Counted from the stretch's first letter, positions 23,894-37,662 are shown. The stretch: DNA of 64,000 nucleotides from Blepharisma stoltei ATCC 30299 (GCA_965603825.1 CBFDEM010000003.1:62001-126000), one strand, 5' to 3'. Program-made: numbers and translations. Notes: generated by a model from the sequence alone, not told the origin.

Positions 23894-26068
23894 ATGGCAA
23901 AATCTAACGTTTTCAAGACCTGAAATGATTTTATTAGACATCAAGGGAGCTATGAGGGGAAAATGAATTTTTTGCGCTCATCAAATTTAGATGCAATTAA
24001 CCCTCAGACACAAAGACCATTGTAAAAAATAATTAGAGCTTGGTTAGGAATAATTGATCCTAATTTTTCGACTGAAACTATGGAATACTATAGATCAGTG
24101 AAGCTTACTAAACAAGTCATCCTCGTTAATTCAATAGCACAAAGAATTAAGCAAGATGCCTTGAAATCTTTCAGTGGATCATTAAGTTCCCTTAATTCAG
24201 GAGAGAGAATACAGAAAATAGTGACTTTGCTAAGCATTTTTGCTAGTAAAAGAAATGATATTGGGTATTGTTTTGGTATGAACTTCATAGCAGCAGTCCT
24301 TGTTTCAGTATTTTCTAGTGAAAGTGATGCTTTTATTATGTTTTGCTATATCATTGAAAAAGTGTTCCCAGAAAATTTTTTCAGCTTAGAAAACCGGCAA
24401 ATTGTCTTGCACTCTGAACTCCGAGCCTTTGCTATTATGGCAGAAAGACTAAGACCAAGACTAGTCAATTCTTTAAGAGCTATTTTTAAACCTTTAAATA
24501 CAAGTTTAAGAGAATCAGATTACTCCCCATTCGTAGTTACAATTAAAAGAGTTGGAGATTTTTGGTTTCACACATTATTTGCTACAAGTATTTTGCCTGG
24601 GGATTTATTAAGAGTATGAGACAATGTGCTTATCCACGGTTTCGAATTTGTACATAAATTTGGCTTGACAATTTTAAGCAAAAATGAAAGATTTTTCAAA
24701 AATAACATAAAGCAAGAAGCAAAAGTACTGAATATGGGGACTACTGTGGACTCTTTAATTTCTTCAGGAAATGCAGCAAGAAATAGACTTCTTAGAAAAG
24801 TCGAAAAAATCCCAGTAGAAAAAATGATTAAAAAAGCTATCTATAAACCTACGTACAGAGCTGTCAAACGAAGTGAAATTTTACCAAAAGCAGAAGAGCT
24901 TGAAAAAAATCACTTAGAGCCACTCATAAGACTTAGGCAATCCAAAGAGTTTTTACGATCCAAAGGAAACTCTTTCACCTACAAAGACGCCAAAGAAATT
25001 TTCAATTTATTACAATCTTTAGAAAATGGTGGAAAAATTTCCCGTAGCTTGTTTCTCACAATGGTCACAAAAAATTTAAATTGGGCTCCACAGACAGCTC
25101 TTCACGTTTTTAACTCATTTGACCACAATGGAAACGACTCAGTGGACGTTTTGACTTTGAAATCTGGGCTATCTTTATTAATCCAAGGAGAGCTTACAGA
25201 AAAGCTGAAACTTTGTTTTGAGTCTTTTGACAGAGACAATTCAGGCAGTTTAGAGCCTGAAGAAGTAGTTGATTTGGTATGCTTTGTAGAAAATGCGCTG
25301 GATGGCAGATCAAGCTTTTTTAGAAACCAATCAGGCTCGCTATTTGCCAATATGGACAGAAATTCCAATGGAAGGATTTCCCTTGACGAATTTATTAAAG
25401 CTGTCACAACTGACCCTTCGTGTGAGCCTATATTGGAATTTATTAACGCAGTCGAGTCAGAAGAATTCATAAACATCCCTGAAATGAGGATGGCCAGGAT
25501 TAACCTTGAAGGCACCTTTAGTGACGTCCATACCCCTGATAAGCCTTCAGCTGACGCATCTCCGATGTCAGATGTATCTTATGATGGTCCTGATTTTGCT
25601 GAGCTCGAGTCAAGACTTGGAACTTTACTACAAAATGACATAAAAGAACTAGAAAATGAATATGAAGAAGCCCCAGAAATCACTGGCGAAAAAGTTGTAG
25701 AAATAGACGCAGTAGAAACTGAAGGGAATGGGGTAAGGATTCATAATGAATATGATGGAGAAAACGTAAAATTTGTATTTCACGTAGGAGATATCGTTGA
25801 AGAAGATAAGAAAAATGAAAGCGAGGATAATACAGAAATACACATAGAAGCCTTTGGGTCGTTTAAACCGAAAGAAGAGGAAGAAGAGCCAGCTAAAAAT
25901 GTAACAGTAGAGGAGATTGAAAGCCCTGGAGACTTGTATGTGACGGAAATTAAACAAAAACATAGCCTAGAAGAACAGAGAAATATTGATATACCAGAAC
26001 CAACAAGTAAAGAGTCGCGAGGTACTTGTTCTAGGCTGTGTACAAGAGGGAATTGTGGATTATTTTAA
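23894..26068 (+). CDS. TBC (Rab-GAP fold) plus EF-hand protein with C-terminal CaaX (CGLF); 719 aa; intron 24022-24036
   Basis: TBC motifs IGYCFGMNFIAAVL and LLRV-W(TGA 24617)-D; EF-hands DHNGNDSVD, DRDNSGSLE, DRNSNGRIS; a 15-nt intron removes an in-frame TAA. Confidence 0.85.
24022..24036 (+). other. 15-nt spliceosomal intron GTAAAAAATAATTAG
   Basis: GTA...AG with A at -6; removal deletes an in-frame TAA and preserves the frame. Confidence 0.85.
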
Positions 26069-26248
26069 AATTATAGGATAAAAATTGGTTATTTAGTTGT
26101 GATTATATCTATAAGTTTTTCTTATAAATCTGGCTTAAAAATTCCTAAAAAATAATAAAAAACTAGCCTAGCATCCAAAATCTCCTATAATCTTCCCATC
26201 TAAATCAAAACTTATGCAAAATCACATACAGGAGAGAAATTAATAAAT

Positions 26249-27565
26249 ATGGACTCAAAAATCGTCCTTTTGAGTTTTCTTTTTCTCTGCATTTCGGCGC
26301 ATCCAGACTCCTCTCAGCCTTTAATTGGAGATACAGATGGTGCATGGTCACTTATAGGTTTCTCAGGCTATGCAGGCGAAATCACAATGAACCCATTGAC
26401 AGGATCTTCTTACTTCTATTGGTTTTTCGAAGCAATCAAAGGCAACGCATTGACTGACACTCTTCCCCTTATCATTTGGCTTCAAGGCGGTCCAGGCTGC
26501 TCAGGCGAAACTGGAATGCTATTCGAAAATATCGCCCCATTTACCATTAGCAACAAATCTGAGCCAGTCCCAAACCCTTACACCTGGGCCAGCGATTTTC
26601 ACATAATGACGATCGACCATCCTCTTGGTGCTGGTTTTTCAGTTGCTAAGGCATCTTATGATATGAAAAACACCACAATTGGCTCAACCCAGCAGCTTTA
26701 TAATTTACTAGTAAAACTCAACACTAAGTACCCATGGATGTTCAACCGTCCTATCTTCATTTTCGGAGAAAGCTTCGGAGGCCACTGGATCCCTGCAATC
26801 GCTTATACAATTTTGATGAATAATAACAACCCTGTATCTTCACAGATCGCGCACTTTAATTTACAAGGGATTGCTATTGGAGACCCATGGACTGATCCAA
26901 TTACTCAAAGCCAAAAATATTCAGCTTATTCAGTGGCAACTGGGCTGTTAAACCAAGAAGAATTTGAGATTATCCAGACTTATGAGCAGCAGGTGTTTAG
27001 TGAAATTGGCTTAGGTGAGTGGGCAGATGCAGAAAATGACTGGGGATCGATAACGGATTTGATTATTAATTATGCAGGTGGGATTAATGTTTACAATATA
27101 AGAAGCTATGAGACTAATTATAACTTAGGAGGCATCCCATCATGGCTTGATTCTACAGAAACCAAAAATCTGTTGCACATTCCACAGCAGTTACATTGGG
27201 TACAATGCAGCGGTTCTGTCTATGAAGCCATGACTTATGATATCATGAACACCGCGATCAATTATTTGCCTTTTGTAATTGACACTATTCCTGTCATGAT
27301 TTATAATGGCCAAGATGATCTTATCGTCAATACCTTGTCAACTGAAGCTATGATTGCTAACATAAACTGGCCAGGAATTCCTTATTTCCAATACTCCCAA
27401 AAATCACTATGGATGGTCAATGGTATGGTAGCTGGGTTTGCACAGACTTATGAAAATTTCAGCTTCGTGGTCGTTTTGAAATCTGGACATATGGTGCCTC
27501 ATGATCAACCAATCAACGCACGCGATTTGGCTTACAGGTTTGTGATGGGTGAAGGATGGAGCTAA
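26249..27565 (+). CDS. Serine carboxypeptidase (peptidase S10)
   Basis: Signal peptide; WLQGGPGCS, GESFGGH, YNGQDDL, GHMVPHDQP. Confidence 0.95.
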   Translation: MDSKIVLLSFLFLCISAHPDSSQPLIGDTDGAWSLIGFSGYAGEITMNPLTGSSYFYWFFEAIKGNALTDTLPLIIWLQGGPGCSGETGMLFENIAPFTISNKSEPVPNPYTWASDFHIMTIDHPLGAGFSVAKASYDMKNTTIGSTQQLYNLLVKLNTKYPWMFNRPIFIFGESFGGHWIPAIAYTILMNNNNPVSSQIAHFNLQGIAIGDPWTDPITQSQKYSAYSVATGLLNQEEFEIIQTYEQQVFSEIGLGEWADAENDWGSITDLIINYAGGINVYNIRSYETNYNLGGIPSWLDSTETKNLLHIPQQLHWVQCSGSVYEAMTYDIMNTAINYLPFVIDTIPVMIYNGQDDLIVNTLSTEAMIANINWPGIPYFQYSQKSLWMVNGMVAGFAQTYENFSFVVVLKSGHMVPHDQPINARDLAYRFVMGEGWS

Positions 27566-27610
27566 ATAATTTATTAGAAATAAAGCTTTTTGCTATAGTC
27601 TAATTATAAA

Positions 27611-29086
27611 ATGGTAAATTTTCAAAATTGTGAGAAAAAGGATTTTTTTGAAACGCGACAGAAAAATTTTATGAAAATTGATGATGATTTTAAACTAAAG
27701 AGAGAAATCTTTGCAATTGAGCTGAGAAAACATAAAAGGTATGAAAATCATATGAAGTTTGCAAGAATTACATATAAATCGCCAAAGAAATCTCAAAAAA
27801 ATTCGGAAAAAAGGGTGGGAATAGAAAATATTTGAAAAAATCCTTGTTTATTAGAATTCCATTTGTCAAGCTTAGCGAATATGGTATGGGAAGACAATGA
27901 TGCAGCGATTACGATTTGTAATGGAAATTTCTTACCATTTATTGTCTCTTATATTGATAATAAATATCAAGAAAGCACCATTACTGACGCTGCAAAATGC
28001 CTATGCAAAATTTCTGCACTTGAGCATAAATATGTAAAATGCTTAATAAAATATGGAGCCCACAAAAAATTTGTCGGGATTCTTGACAAAACAAGACCAA
28101 AATCAAATGAATTTTGTATTTGAGCGCTTGGAAATATTTCAGCAGACTGTACTAAATATCGAGACAAAATATTAAGCTTGAACATAGTCTTCAAACTAAT
28201 AAATCTAATGTTGGAAAATCCTGGAATCGACACAATTGCTTTAATTTCATGAACTTTTTCAAAATTAACTCGAGAAAAGCCTGCCATTTCGGCATCAACA
28301 ATTAACTCCTTACTAGGAGCTTGTAATGAATTACTGAAATATCCTTATAGATCTATAAAAAAAGACACATTGTTTGCAATTTCCTATATTTCTGAGTATG
28401 ATGAAATAGATACAATATTTTCAACTGGAATTATTTCCAAAATTTTTAACTACCTTATAGATAATGACGAATTTTTATTATTACCTTCAATCAGAATTAT
28501 TGGAAATTTAATATCAAAACAGTGCAGCTTGTATACACAAAGTTTATTAGAGAAAGGGATACTTGATTATCTTTGTTTCTCAGCAAAATCTTCAGTATCA
28601 GCTGTGAGGAAAGAAATACAATGAACACTATGCAATATTGCTGCAGGTACTCAATCACAGGTAAAAAGGCTAATTGAGCATAGAATAATATGGATTTCCA
28701 TAGAGTGCTTGGGTGATTTTGACACAAAAACAAGAATTGAGGCAAGCTATATTTTTGGAAATATCGCAAAGTCTGGGAATATCACAAATATAAAATTTTT
28801 AGTAGATAAAGGAATTTTAGGGTATATAAAACAAAATTTGAGGCATAGCGAATATGAATATTTAGTGAATTTATTAGAATTCTGTTCAGCGTACTTAATG
28901 ATAGAAGACAGGAACTTCAATTTTCACTACTATGGTGATGAAAATTATAAAGAGATGAACAAATCTGGGTGCTTAGAAGAAATAGAAAATCTCATTATGA
29001 GTAAAAATCAAAAGGTGCATGAGCTTTCTTCAAATATTCTTCAAGCAATATGCATATATGAAGAAGATACTCAATTTTGCTGTTAA
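27611..29086 (+). CDS. Divergent importin-alpha; 491 aa
   Basis: IBB-like KREIFAIELRKHKR; ARM motifs IW(TGA)ALGNISAD, SW(TGA)TFSKL, IRIIGNL, VRKEIQW(TGA)TLCNIAAGT; one frame throughout. Confidence 0.85.
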
Positions 29087-29137
29087 TACAAATAATTAAT
29101 TTCTAAACTATTCTCAATCCTTAAAAAAATAACTAAA

Positions 29138-32100
29138 ATGCTGCTTATTTTCTACTTCTTCATAAGCACAGTTTACAGCTTTGGCTACAACAGCTTAGGC
29201 AGTCTATGGCCATCTGGTCAGCTTGCTATTTCAAACTCCTATACTAATGTAGGGCTCTATGCCAACTATACCATAACTTTTACTCCTGATACCAGAATTC
29301 CAGCAGGAGGGATATTATCAATCACGTTTCCTGAACAATACGAAGATAAACTTGGGACACAAGGAAATCCGACCTGTTCTCCAAATATCTGTACAAATTT
29401 AGGAAAAACTATCAGTATTACTTTGCCGAATGCAGTATCAGCACAAAGCACTTATTCTGTAACAATCCAAAATATTTTAAATCCACTAACAGTAGGAGGA
29501 ACAGGGAGTTTTCAGGTTTCTAGTACTTATCAAGGCGCAATTTTAGACTGGAACTCTGCATTTGGGGTTATCGGGATTTCTGATGCAAAAACTACTTTAA
29601 AAGCTACATCTGTTTCAGTCCTCTCTGGATCTAGCAGTGTTGCAGGGGATATCACGATTTATTTATTTACTTTTCAATTCGACCAAATAATAGTCGCGGG
29701 AAGCGCTATTCGCTTTACTTTTCCAGGAAATGGGTTCTATCTAGCTCCCTACCCTACTTGTACATCATACGCAACAGAAGGAATGCCTATTTCAGGGAGT
29801 TTAAAATGTATCACAACTGGTCGACAAGTAATTCTATCTGGGATTTCTGCAGATTTGCAGCCAAATATTTTATATTCAGTAAGAATGACTGGGACGAACC
29901 CTAAATGGAAAGTAAATACAGGGACTTTTACTATTGACGTATTTAGATTTCAGACTTTTACTTTATACCAACAAGCCACGCTTATTCCAGGGCTGTCGAT
30001 TTCTGCAGGAAATTTATTATCCCTTACTTTTGGGCCTGTGGATTCCAGTTTAGTTATATCAAGAAATAAAATTTTATTATTTTCAGTCACTTTTACTACA
30101 AAAAATCCTATAGAAAAAGGTGGATATATAATAATCGTATTTCCTTGGAATTTTGCTTTATCTGGGAATTATATAGCTGTAATTGGAAGTGGGCTAAAAG
30201 ACATCAATGCTACTAGTGAAGCCACGGTTTCCTATGATATACCGACTACGACTCTTACTATCTCGAATTTCGATGCTGTAGATTCACAGACTCAGATAAG
30301 TCTTTATTTGCAAATACAATGCCCTTATCTCTCAGGGAAATCTTCAGCGTTAAATATTAAATCATATAGAGCAGATAAGAGTACTGTTATTGATCAAGAC
30401 ATAACAAATGCATATACCACAGTTTCTTCATACTCATCACCATCAATAAGTATTTCTTTTCCAGGCTCCTCAAAAGCGACAGGCGCTTCTATTACTATAG
30501 ATTTCACTATAACCCCAAATATCCAGATCCCAGCTAATGGGTATATAACTTTTAAAATCCCTGCTGCTTTTGGGACAACTGGCTTAGTCTGCAAACTAAC
30601 TCCATATGCAGTTGGCCAAGACTATGCGTCCTCATGTACGCTGACTGGGAGTATTTTGAAAGTCCAGTTGTTTTTAACGACTACAAATTCGCCTGCAGGA
30701 AGTGGGGCTTTTCCATTAGGTGTTCAATCAATTGTATCATTGACATTGGTATCTCCTACAGTTTCTGGGGACTATTATTTCGATATAAACACTTATGATA
30801 CCTCTAATACTCTTTTAGAGAGCGGAAATACGATAGCCACACTTACTGCGCCTACTTTTTCATCGATTTCTATTACTCCTGTGCATACAGCGAATCAGTA
30901 TCCTACAATTTTGATTTTTACTATGACTGCAGACTATCAAATTCCTGCAGGAATTGTGGGGACTTCTTATACTGATATTAGAGGATATATAGAAATCACT
31001 TTTCCAACCCAAAGCTCAGGGAACGCCCTATTTCCACTTGATTTAGGACTTGGCATACAAGAAGGAAGCACTTTTCCATGCAGAGGAATTAGCAATATAG
31101 CAGGACAGTCCAGCCCAAGCTTAACCTGCACATTGACAACATTGCCTAGTGTCGCATCTTCTGGCACACCAGTCATAGTAACTGTGACAGGCTTCACTAC
31201 AATTGCTGCAGGTACTAGCTTTACCTTTCACATTCCCAATATTTATTACATACAAACCACAAATACAGCTAGCGTTATAGTCACATCTTATAGTAAGCTT
31301 AATAGAATAAGAACTGATATCCAGTCTTCTTCTGTTTCTGTATCAGCAGGAAGCACAGGGCCAGCATCTTCATCAACAGCTACGTCTCTTACTTTGAGTA
31401 CTACACAGGTCCAATCATCTACAACACTTTCTTCAGCTTCTATTACAATTTCAAGTGGTGCTGGGTCAAATCCTTATCTTCTATTAGAAATTAACCCAAT
31501 CCATGACAGTGGCTACTGCAATTATAATACTATTTCTTGTTTATATGACGGAACTAGCTCTACTTGCTACTGTTACCCAGGCATTGACTTAATTTTGATA
31601 TCCCTTTCATCATTAACAGCTGCAAGCCATACTTTTAGCGTTTCTGGGCTTATAAACCCAGAATCATCTGGGATAACTGACGGTTTTAACCTATACGCCG
31701 TCAAAGGAGCAGCTGTTCTGGATGCCTATACCTACAGCTCTAACATCCCAGCCCTCACCCCAGGGGTAATTACCGATTTCCAATGTAAAATTGATCAAAA
31801 TTACGCAGCGCTCTCCAATATCCGCTATGAGTTTTCCTTTACCCTAATCCACGATATCCCTACAAATGGCTCAATTTTGATTACTATGCCGTCTGGTTCT
31901 TATTCTTTGCATTATTCCACCCCAATCCCATATTGTTCATCAATTTTATTCAGTCAGCAAGACTACACATCCTCTTGTACCTGCACTCCATATGGAAATA
32001 CCGTCACAATCAGCGGAATTCCTAATATAAAATCAGGCTCATTTGTTGATATTTTTGTCCAAGGGATAAAGAACCCAGGATCTGTCGGGACAATTGGCAA

Positions 32101-35100
32101 TTTTAAATACCAAACCAAAAATTCTAATGGTGGAGTCATAGATGAGGCCACTACTGTTACAGGCCCTACCCTTACTAGTGTATGAACTGTGCAGACTATA
32201 AGTGATTTAAAGATGATAAATTACCCTAATAACGCTGGTGCCACTGCTGAATATATTTTTTCCTTTACGACGCTGACTTCTTTAGGAGCTGGAGGATATA
32301 TAGAAATTGAGTTCCCAACAGCGCAGTTTGGGATTTTGACGAATCCTCCTGATTGTAGAGCGACTGGGGCTACATCAGCACTAAGTAGCTGTGAAGTGTA
32401 TGGAAAATCGCTATTAGGGACAATAGGGGCTAATATAGGTGGGATGAGCAATTTTCATATTTTTGGGGTAAAAAATTTCAATGCAGGGATTAGTGATGAT
32501 TTTTCTATAAAAGCTTATTATGATGGGGTGCTATTGCAACAGACCAGCGGATCTGTCACAATTTCTACTACAGCTGCAGCTTCGACTATATCGGTGTCAG
32601 CAATCAATTTTTATCCAAAAAATGAAGGACAAACAGCAACTTATGAATTTACTATGATACCATCTGTAGATATTGATTCATCAGAATATATTATTATAAC
32701 TTTCCCACGATCATATGACCACAGAATAGGTGACAATCTAGACTGCTGGGCAACAGGAATTTCAGGCTTTATCAAATGTCAAGTAATCCAAGCTTGGTCA
32801 ATTACTATATATGACCATGATTATTTTTCAGCTTGTTCTTCCTGCAGTTTTACTATTTTTATATTTGGTGTTATTAACCCAAATTACAGTTATACAGATA
32901 ACACTGGGGATTTTTCAATTGGGATTATTAGTTCTTATACATATACCCAACTAAATGAACAAGCTGGAGAACTTGATATAGAGCCTGCACCGCATTATTC
33001 GAATATTTTGTCAACGACTTTTAGCAATACTTATGCGAGGACTTCTAATAATATTGCTTTTAATATAACGACTACTGGAAGTATCCCAACTAGTAAAGAA
33101 AAAGGACAAGTCTGGGTGAATTTTCCTACTGATTATGTAATTGATGGATCTTCAATTACATGCACCACAAGCTCACAATGGTCAAGTGGAAGCCCAACTT
33201 TTGTGATTGACCATAATATTGTAAAGATTGATGCAGACTCCTCGACAAGCTTAGCTGGAAATTTGCTTATAACTCTCTCAAATGTCCCGAATCCTCTCTC
33301 CAATATAAATGCCCAATATATCAGTGTCCAAGTATACGACGGCTACACCCGGATTTTGACAATGAGCTCATTTATTAACCTAAACCCTAACCGTGCTGTT
33401 TTTTCATATCCAGGACCACTAATAACAGTAAACAGCAACAACCCATTTGAAGTCCAAAGTGGAGCAATGTCAGATTTTATCCCAATCGCCCTTAGTTACC
33501 CATGTGGTCTTAACTTAACTTTAATTCCTTATTCACAAGGCTTCACATTTATCCCTACTAGTATTTCCTTATCTACAGGTGACTCAAACCAGCAATTCCG
33601 TGTCAGTGCTCCTCCAGGTACCAGAGATAAAGAATATACAATCCAATGGACAATTCTTGGAGACTATTCCCCGCCTTATTATACTCCTATACTAAAATCT
33701 TTTTTTACAGTTACTCAAAACGTGACTTATCCTATCACAATAGCTACGATCCCACCTGTTCCAGCTGGAGGGCATTCTTTGCCTATAGAGATTAATATAG
33801 GTGTGGCGCCTTATAGTGATGCCAGTATTATTTTATCAGTTGGAACTCAAAATTATGGGATAAAAATCGTGCCTGACAAAATAGAGTTTACTCAAGGCGC
33901 TTATTTGGGGTATTTTACTGTCTATGTAAGCACTGATACTATTCTTGCGTGGTGTCCTATATATTTGACGTTAATTGGGACGAATTCTAAAGTCTATAGT
34001 TTGCAGTCAAACACTACGACTTTTAATATATTTAGAGACGACTCAGATTTGCCTGTAGTAAGTGGGGTTTCTATACAAAAATTCACAAGGACATCAACAA
34101 CTGCTATGATTACTACCAACAAAGTATGCACAGTTTATTACGCATTTGCACTACAAGGGACTATTACTCCTAATTTCACAGAACTCATACAAGCAGGGCC
34201 GCCTAGCTATAATACTACTCAGACTGTCTATGGAAAAGTGTATATGTATCAAAACAGTGCAGCTTATATAACAATATCAAGCTTATTAGCCCAAACGAAA
34301 TATACCCTTTTTTATATGGCGAAAGACTTGACTGATAAAAATAGCAAAATTGTAGGAAGTTATGACTTTGAAACATTGTCAAGATATAAGCCAGCAACAG
34401 CCAATTTGTGGTTCGCTCAGACTTATTTGACGACTGTAGAGCTTTCACTAGCCCAAGAAGCTATAGCACTAGTGCTAAGTTTGCATCCTTGAAGAGTTGT
34501 AATTAATACTCAAAATGAAACTACAAGAAGGCTTTCCTCATCTTCTGATACAGTAAGAACCGTTTTAAATGTATATTTATTAGATCATCCTGCTTATGAT
34601 ACTTATGTTGAACCTGGAAGCATGGTTTCTATGCTTAATTCCGCAGAAACTAAGCTTGGGGAGCTTTTGACTAATTTTGACACCACCAGATCTATCACAG
34701 GGAACGCCCTTAATATTGCTGGCTGTCAATTTAAACAATCCCCATCCTTATTAGGTACAAACACCTACTCAATAATTTCTTTTTCAGCCAGTCTCTATGA
34801 CAGTGGCATTATTTTTGGAGTTGCCGTAGCAAGTGATACAGACACAGGGACGCCTTTTTCTCAACAAATTGTAGCTGGACATGATAGAGCAAATAGGCCA
34901 GTTTTAAATGCAAAAAGCACAGTAAGCGCAGGGGTGGTGACTAGTTTGACATTCAAAGGGCTTGAAGCTGACACTCATTATAACGTGTATATCACTTGTG
35001 GAAATTCATTGCCAGGATATCCAGACTTATTAGATGACTCAAGTGTGGTGACACTTAAATGGAAAACTGATACGAAGCCTGCAAATACAATGCTGAATTT

Positions 35101-35158
35101 AGATGGAGGAGAAATCTTGTGTGGATTTTTAATTTCAGTTATAATGACATTGGTATAA
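29138..35158 (+). CDS. Giant Ser/Thr-rich cell-surface protein with repeated beta-sandwich-like modules, possibly GPI-anchored; 2006 aa
   Basis: Signal peptide; three ORFs in one frame joined by TGA at 32183 and 34490; recurring ITFP...C...NP..G.F modules; hydrophobic C-terminal tail without a cytoplasmic domain. Confidence 0.8.
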
Positions 35159-35289
35159 ATTTATAAGAAATTAATATGATTTTGTTTATGAATAAAGCCA
35201 AAAGTTAGTCAATAATTTTTTGCTGGGTAAATTAAGGAGAATAGCTTTGAACTATTCATATTTTTTTCGAAAATATCATCAAAATTTTT

Positions 35290-35991
35290 ATGTCATTTTT
35301 AAAGCGAGTTCTATCTCGTGAGCCGAATAAAAGAGACAACAGTTTATCTACAAGCAGAAGTGCAGTTTCTATTAAAGCAGGAAACACTTTAAACATTACA
35401 CTTCAAAGTGCAAAAATCAATAAAAGAAATTCATTAAGAAAAATACAAACAGAATCTTCCACAAATCAGCTGCAAATTAATACAAAGCCTCCGTTATCAA
35501 ACAGAAAAGTATCTTTTCAGCTAGTTAAACCAGAAATACCTAAGTTTCATATAAGCTTAAAGTCTTTATCAACGCCAGTATCTATTGTGTCAACCCCTCG
35601 ATCAAACAAAACCACTCCTAAATTTTTAGCAAAACCTAATGATTTTATTGAGCCAGAAGTTGAATCTGATATACCCACACTTAAAGAATATATGGAAAAT
35701 ACAACGAAAACGAGAGCCAATGTTTCTTTTGCGGATACAGCAACGGATAGTGCTTCGAAAAGATCAAGCAGAGAAATTTCGAGGAGTTTTTTTGAAGATA
35801 ATATGAGCCAGACTGAAAAACTACCTGAAAAAGTAGGAATTTTGAAAGTTAAAGAAAAGATTAGTCCGATGAAATTAAAAGGAATACTTGGGGCACAGCT
35901 GGACAAACAGATGAAAATAGAGAAAAAGCTGAGTTCGGTTATTAGAGATAGAGCATGCCAAAATCCTATTTTGTATGGAAAAAAGGGGTAG
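35290..35991 (+). CDS. Hypothetical basic Ser-rich low-complexity protein
   Basis: 233-aa ORF from ATG to TAG with AT-rich flanks. Confidence 0.6.
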   Translation: MSFLKRVLSREPNKRDNSLSTSRSAVSIKAGNTLNITLQSAKINKRNSLRKIQTESSTNQLQINTKPPLSNRKVSFQLVKPEIPKFHISLKSLSTPVSIVSTPRSNKTTPKFLAKPNDFIEPEVESDIPTLKEYMENTTKTRANVSFADTATDSASKRSSREISRSFFEDNMSQTEKLPEKVGILKVKEKISPMKLKGILGAQLDKQMKIEKKLSSVIRDRACQNPILYGKKG

Positions 35992-36186
35992 TTATTGGTG
36001 TAATTGATTTGACATTAGATATATTATAATTAATTTATTATTTAAGAAATATTTTGAAACTGATGCTTTAATAATAAGAAATGTTTTTACATATATTTTT
36101 AGAAGCTTCTATTCTCTTCTGTCTTTGCTTCTAATAACTAAAAAATGATAAAAACCATTTTAAAAATCATTAATTTATCTAATACT

Positions 36187-37662
36187 TTATCTTTTTAAGC
36201 CTGACAAATCATCTAATTCTCTTTCCATCTGCTCATTTGCCTTTTTTTTAACTTTTCTTTTAGGAAACACCATTTCATCACTTTGTGCTACATTTAAATT
36301 AGCATTGCACCACGTATTCGGCAATCTTCATATTTTCACGTACCCATCATTTGATCCACTATATAAAATTCCAGTTTTTTCTACCCAAGTCATCGTAGAA
36401 ACAGCAGCATCATGAGCTGTCCATGCATAGTTTAATTTTCCATTAGCAGAATTTCATACAATTATAACCCCTTCACTAGTTCCTACAATAATTTCACGCC
36501 TTCCTTTAGAATATACAATAGAATTTATCTGTGATTTTGCTTTAAATCCTATCACTAATCTATGAATAGTTTCTCTTTCTCCTTCTCCTTGTTGATATAC
36601 ACAGACATCTCCACTGGTAGAACCTGCAATAATAAGGGAATGATTTTTTACGCATAAAGCAGACAAATCGCTAGGCAAATCTGTCTCAACGACTATGATT
36701 CCTCTTGGCTGGAATTGAGAAATGTCAAAAATATGGACACTTCCTTTACTGGTTCCTATATAAACCCTTTCTTTAATAAAATCACATTTCATTGATACAG
36801 GCCTTTTATTAGATATTGTTATATCTTTAGTATCTGTTTGCCCATTTAGCTGTGTGACGACCAATCGTTTGTCTTCTGAGCATGTGTACATATAAGAGTT
36901 TCTATAGTTAATAGCAATTCCTATGATTTTTCCACCATGGATATGATACTCACAGAACTCTTCGTATTGACTGCATCCAATTTCTGTTTTTACTAAATAA
37001 CAATATACAAATCCTTCATAAGTCCCGTAAGCCAAAATAGTTAAATTTTCATTTCAGCAGATGCATTCAATATTAAGAGCTGAAGGAATTCTTCACATTT
37101 CATTATATGTTTTTTCTTCCTCAGGAGATAATAGGAATAATGCATAGCTTGAAGTGGAAGACCCTTCGCTTAATCCTATACTTCTGATATGTTTGTTCAT
37201 TGTATTAATCAATCCTTGACTACTGGCACCAATAACCAATTGATTATTATTGGCTACAATTTCAGCAGGCTTCAATTCTAGTAAAATCTCAGAAATCTGA
37301 TTTGGAGAGTTTATTTTCCAGTCCGGTACATGTCTTTCTACTTCTAAAAATTCTCTTAATTCTCCAGACTGTACTATATCTTTATTCAATAAAATTTTCG
37401 TTAAAAAATCATTAATTCCGTCTTGACGCTTTGTTAAAAATGTTGAGCTGTATTTCTGCCAAAACCCTTTTACAGGCAAGCTTGGGATATCATGATATTT
37501 AATTGACAATTTTTTCATGAGTGCTTCGAACTCGCTATATCTTTTATCAACTTTCCAATACGCTTCATTTAATCTACAAAAGACTCTGACTTCATAATAA
37601 ATGACTGAATTGTCGCCTTCTTTATATCTATCAACATTTGCCTGTATTAGATGAGAGTCCAT
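36187..37662 (-). CDS. PX domain plus WD40 repeat protein; 491 aa
   Basis: PX motif KRYSEF...IPSLPVK...RQ; WD repeats, the last ending SGSNDGYVKIW(TGA); in frame through several TGA to TAA at 36187-36189. Confidence 0.85.
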
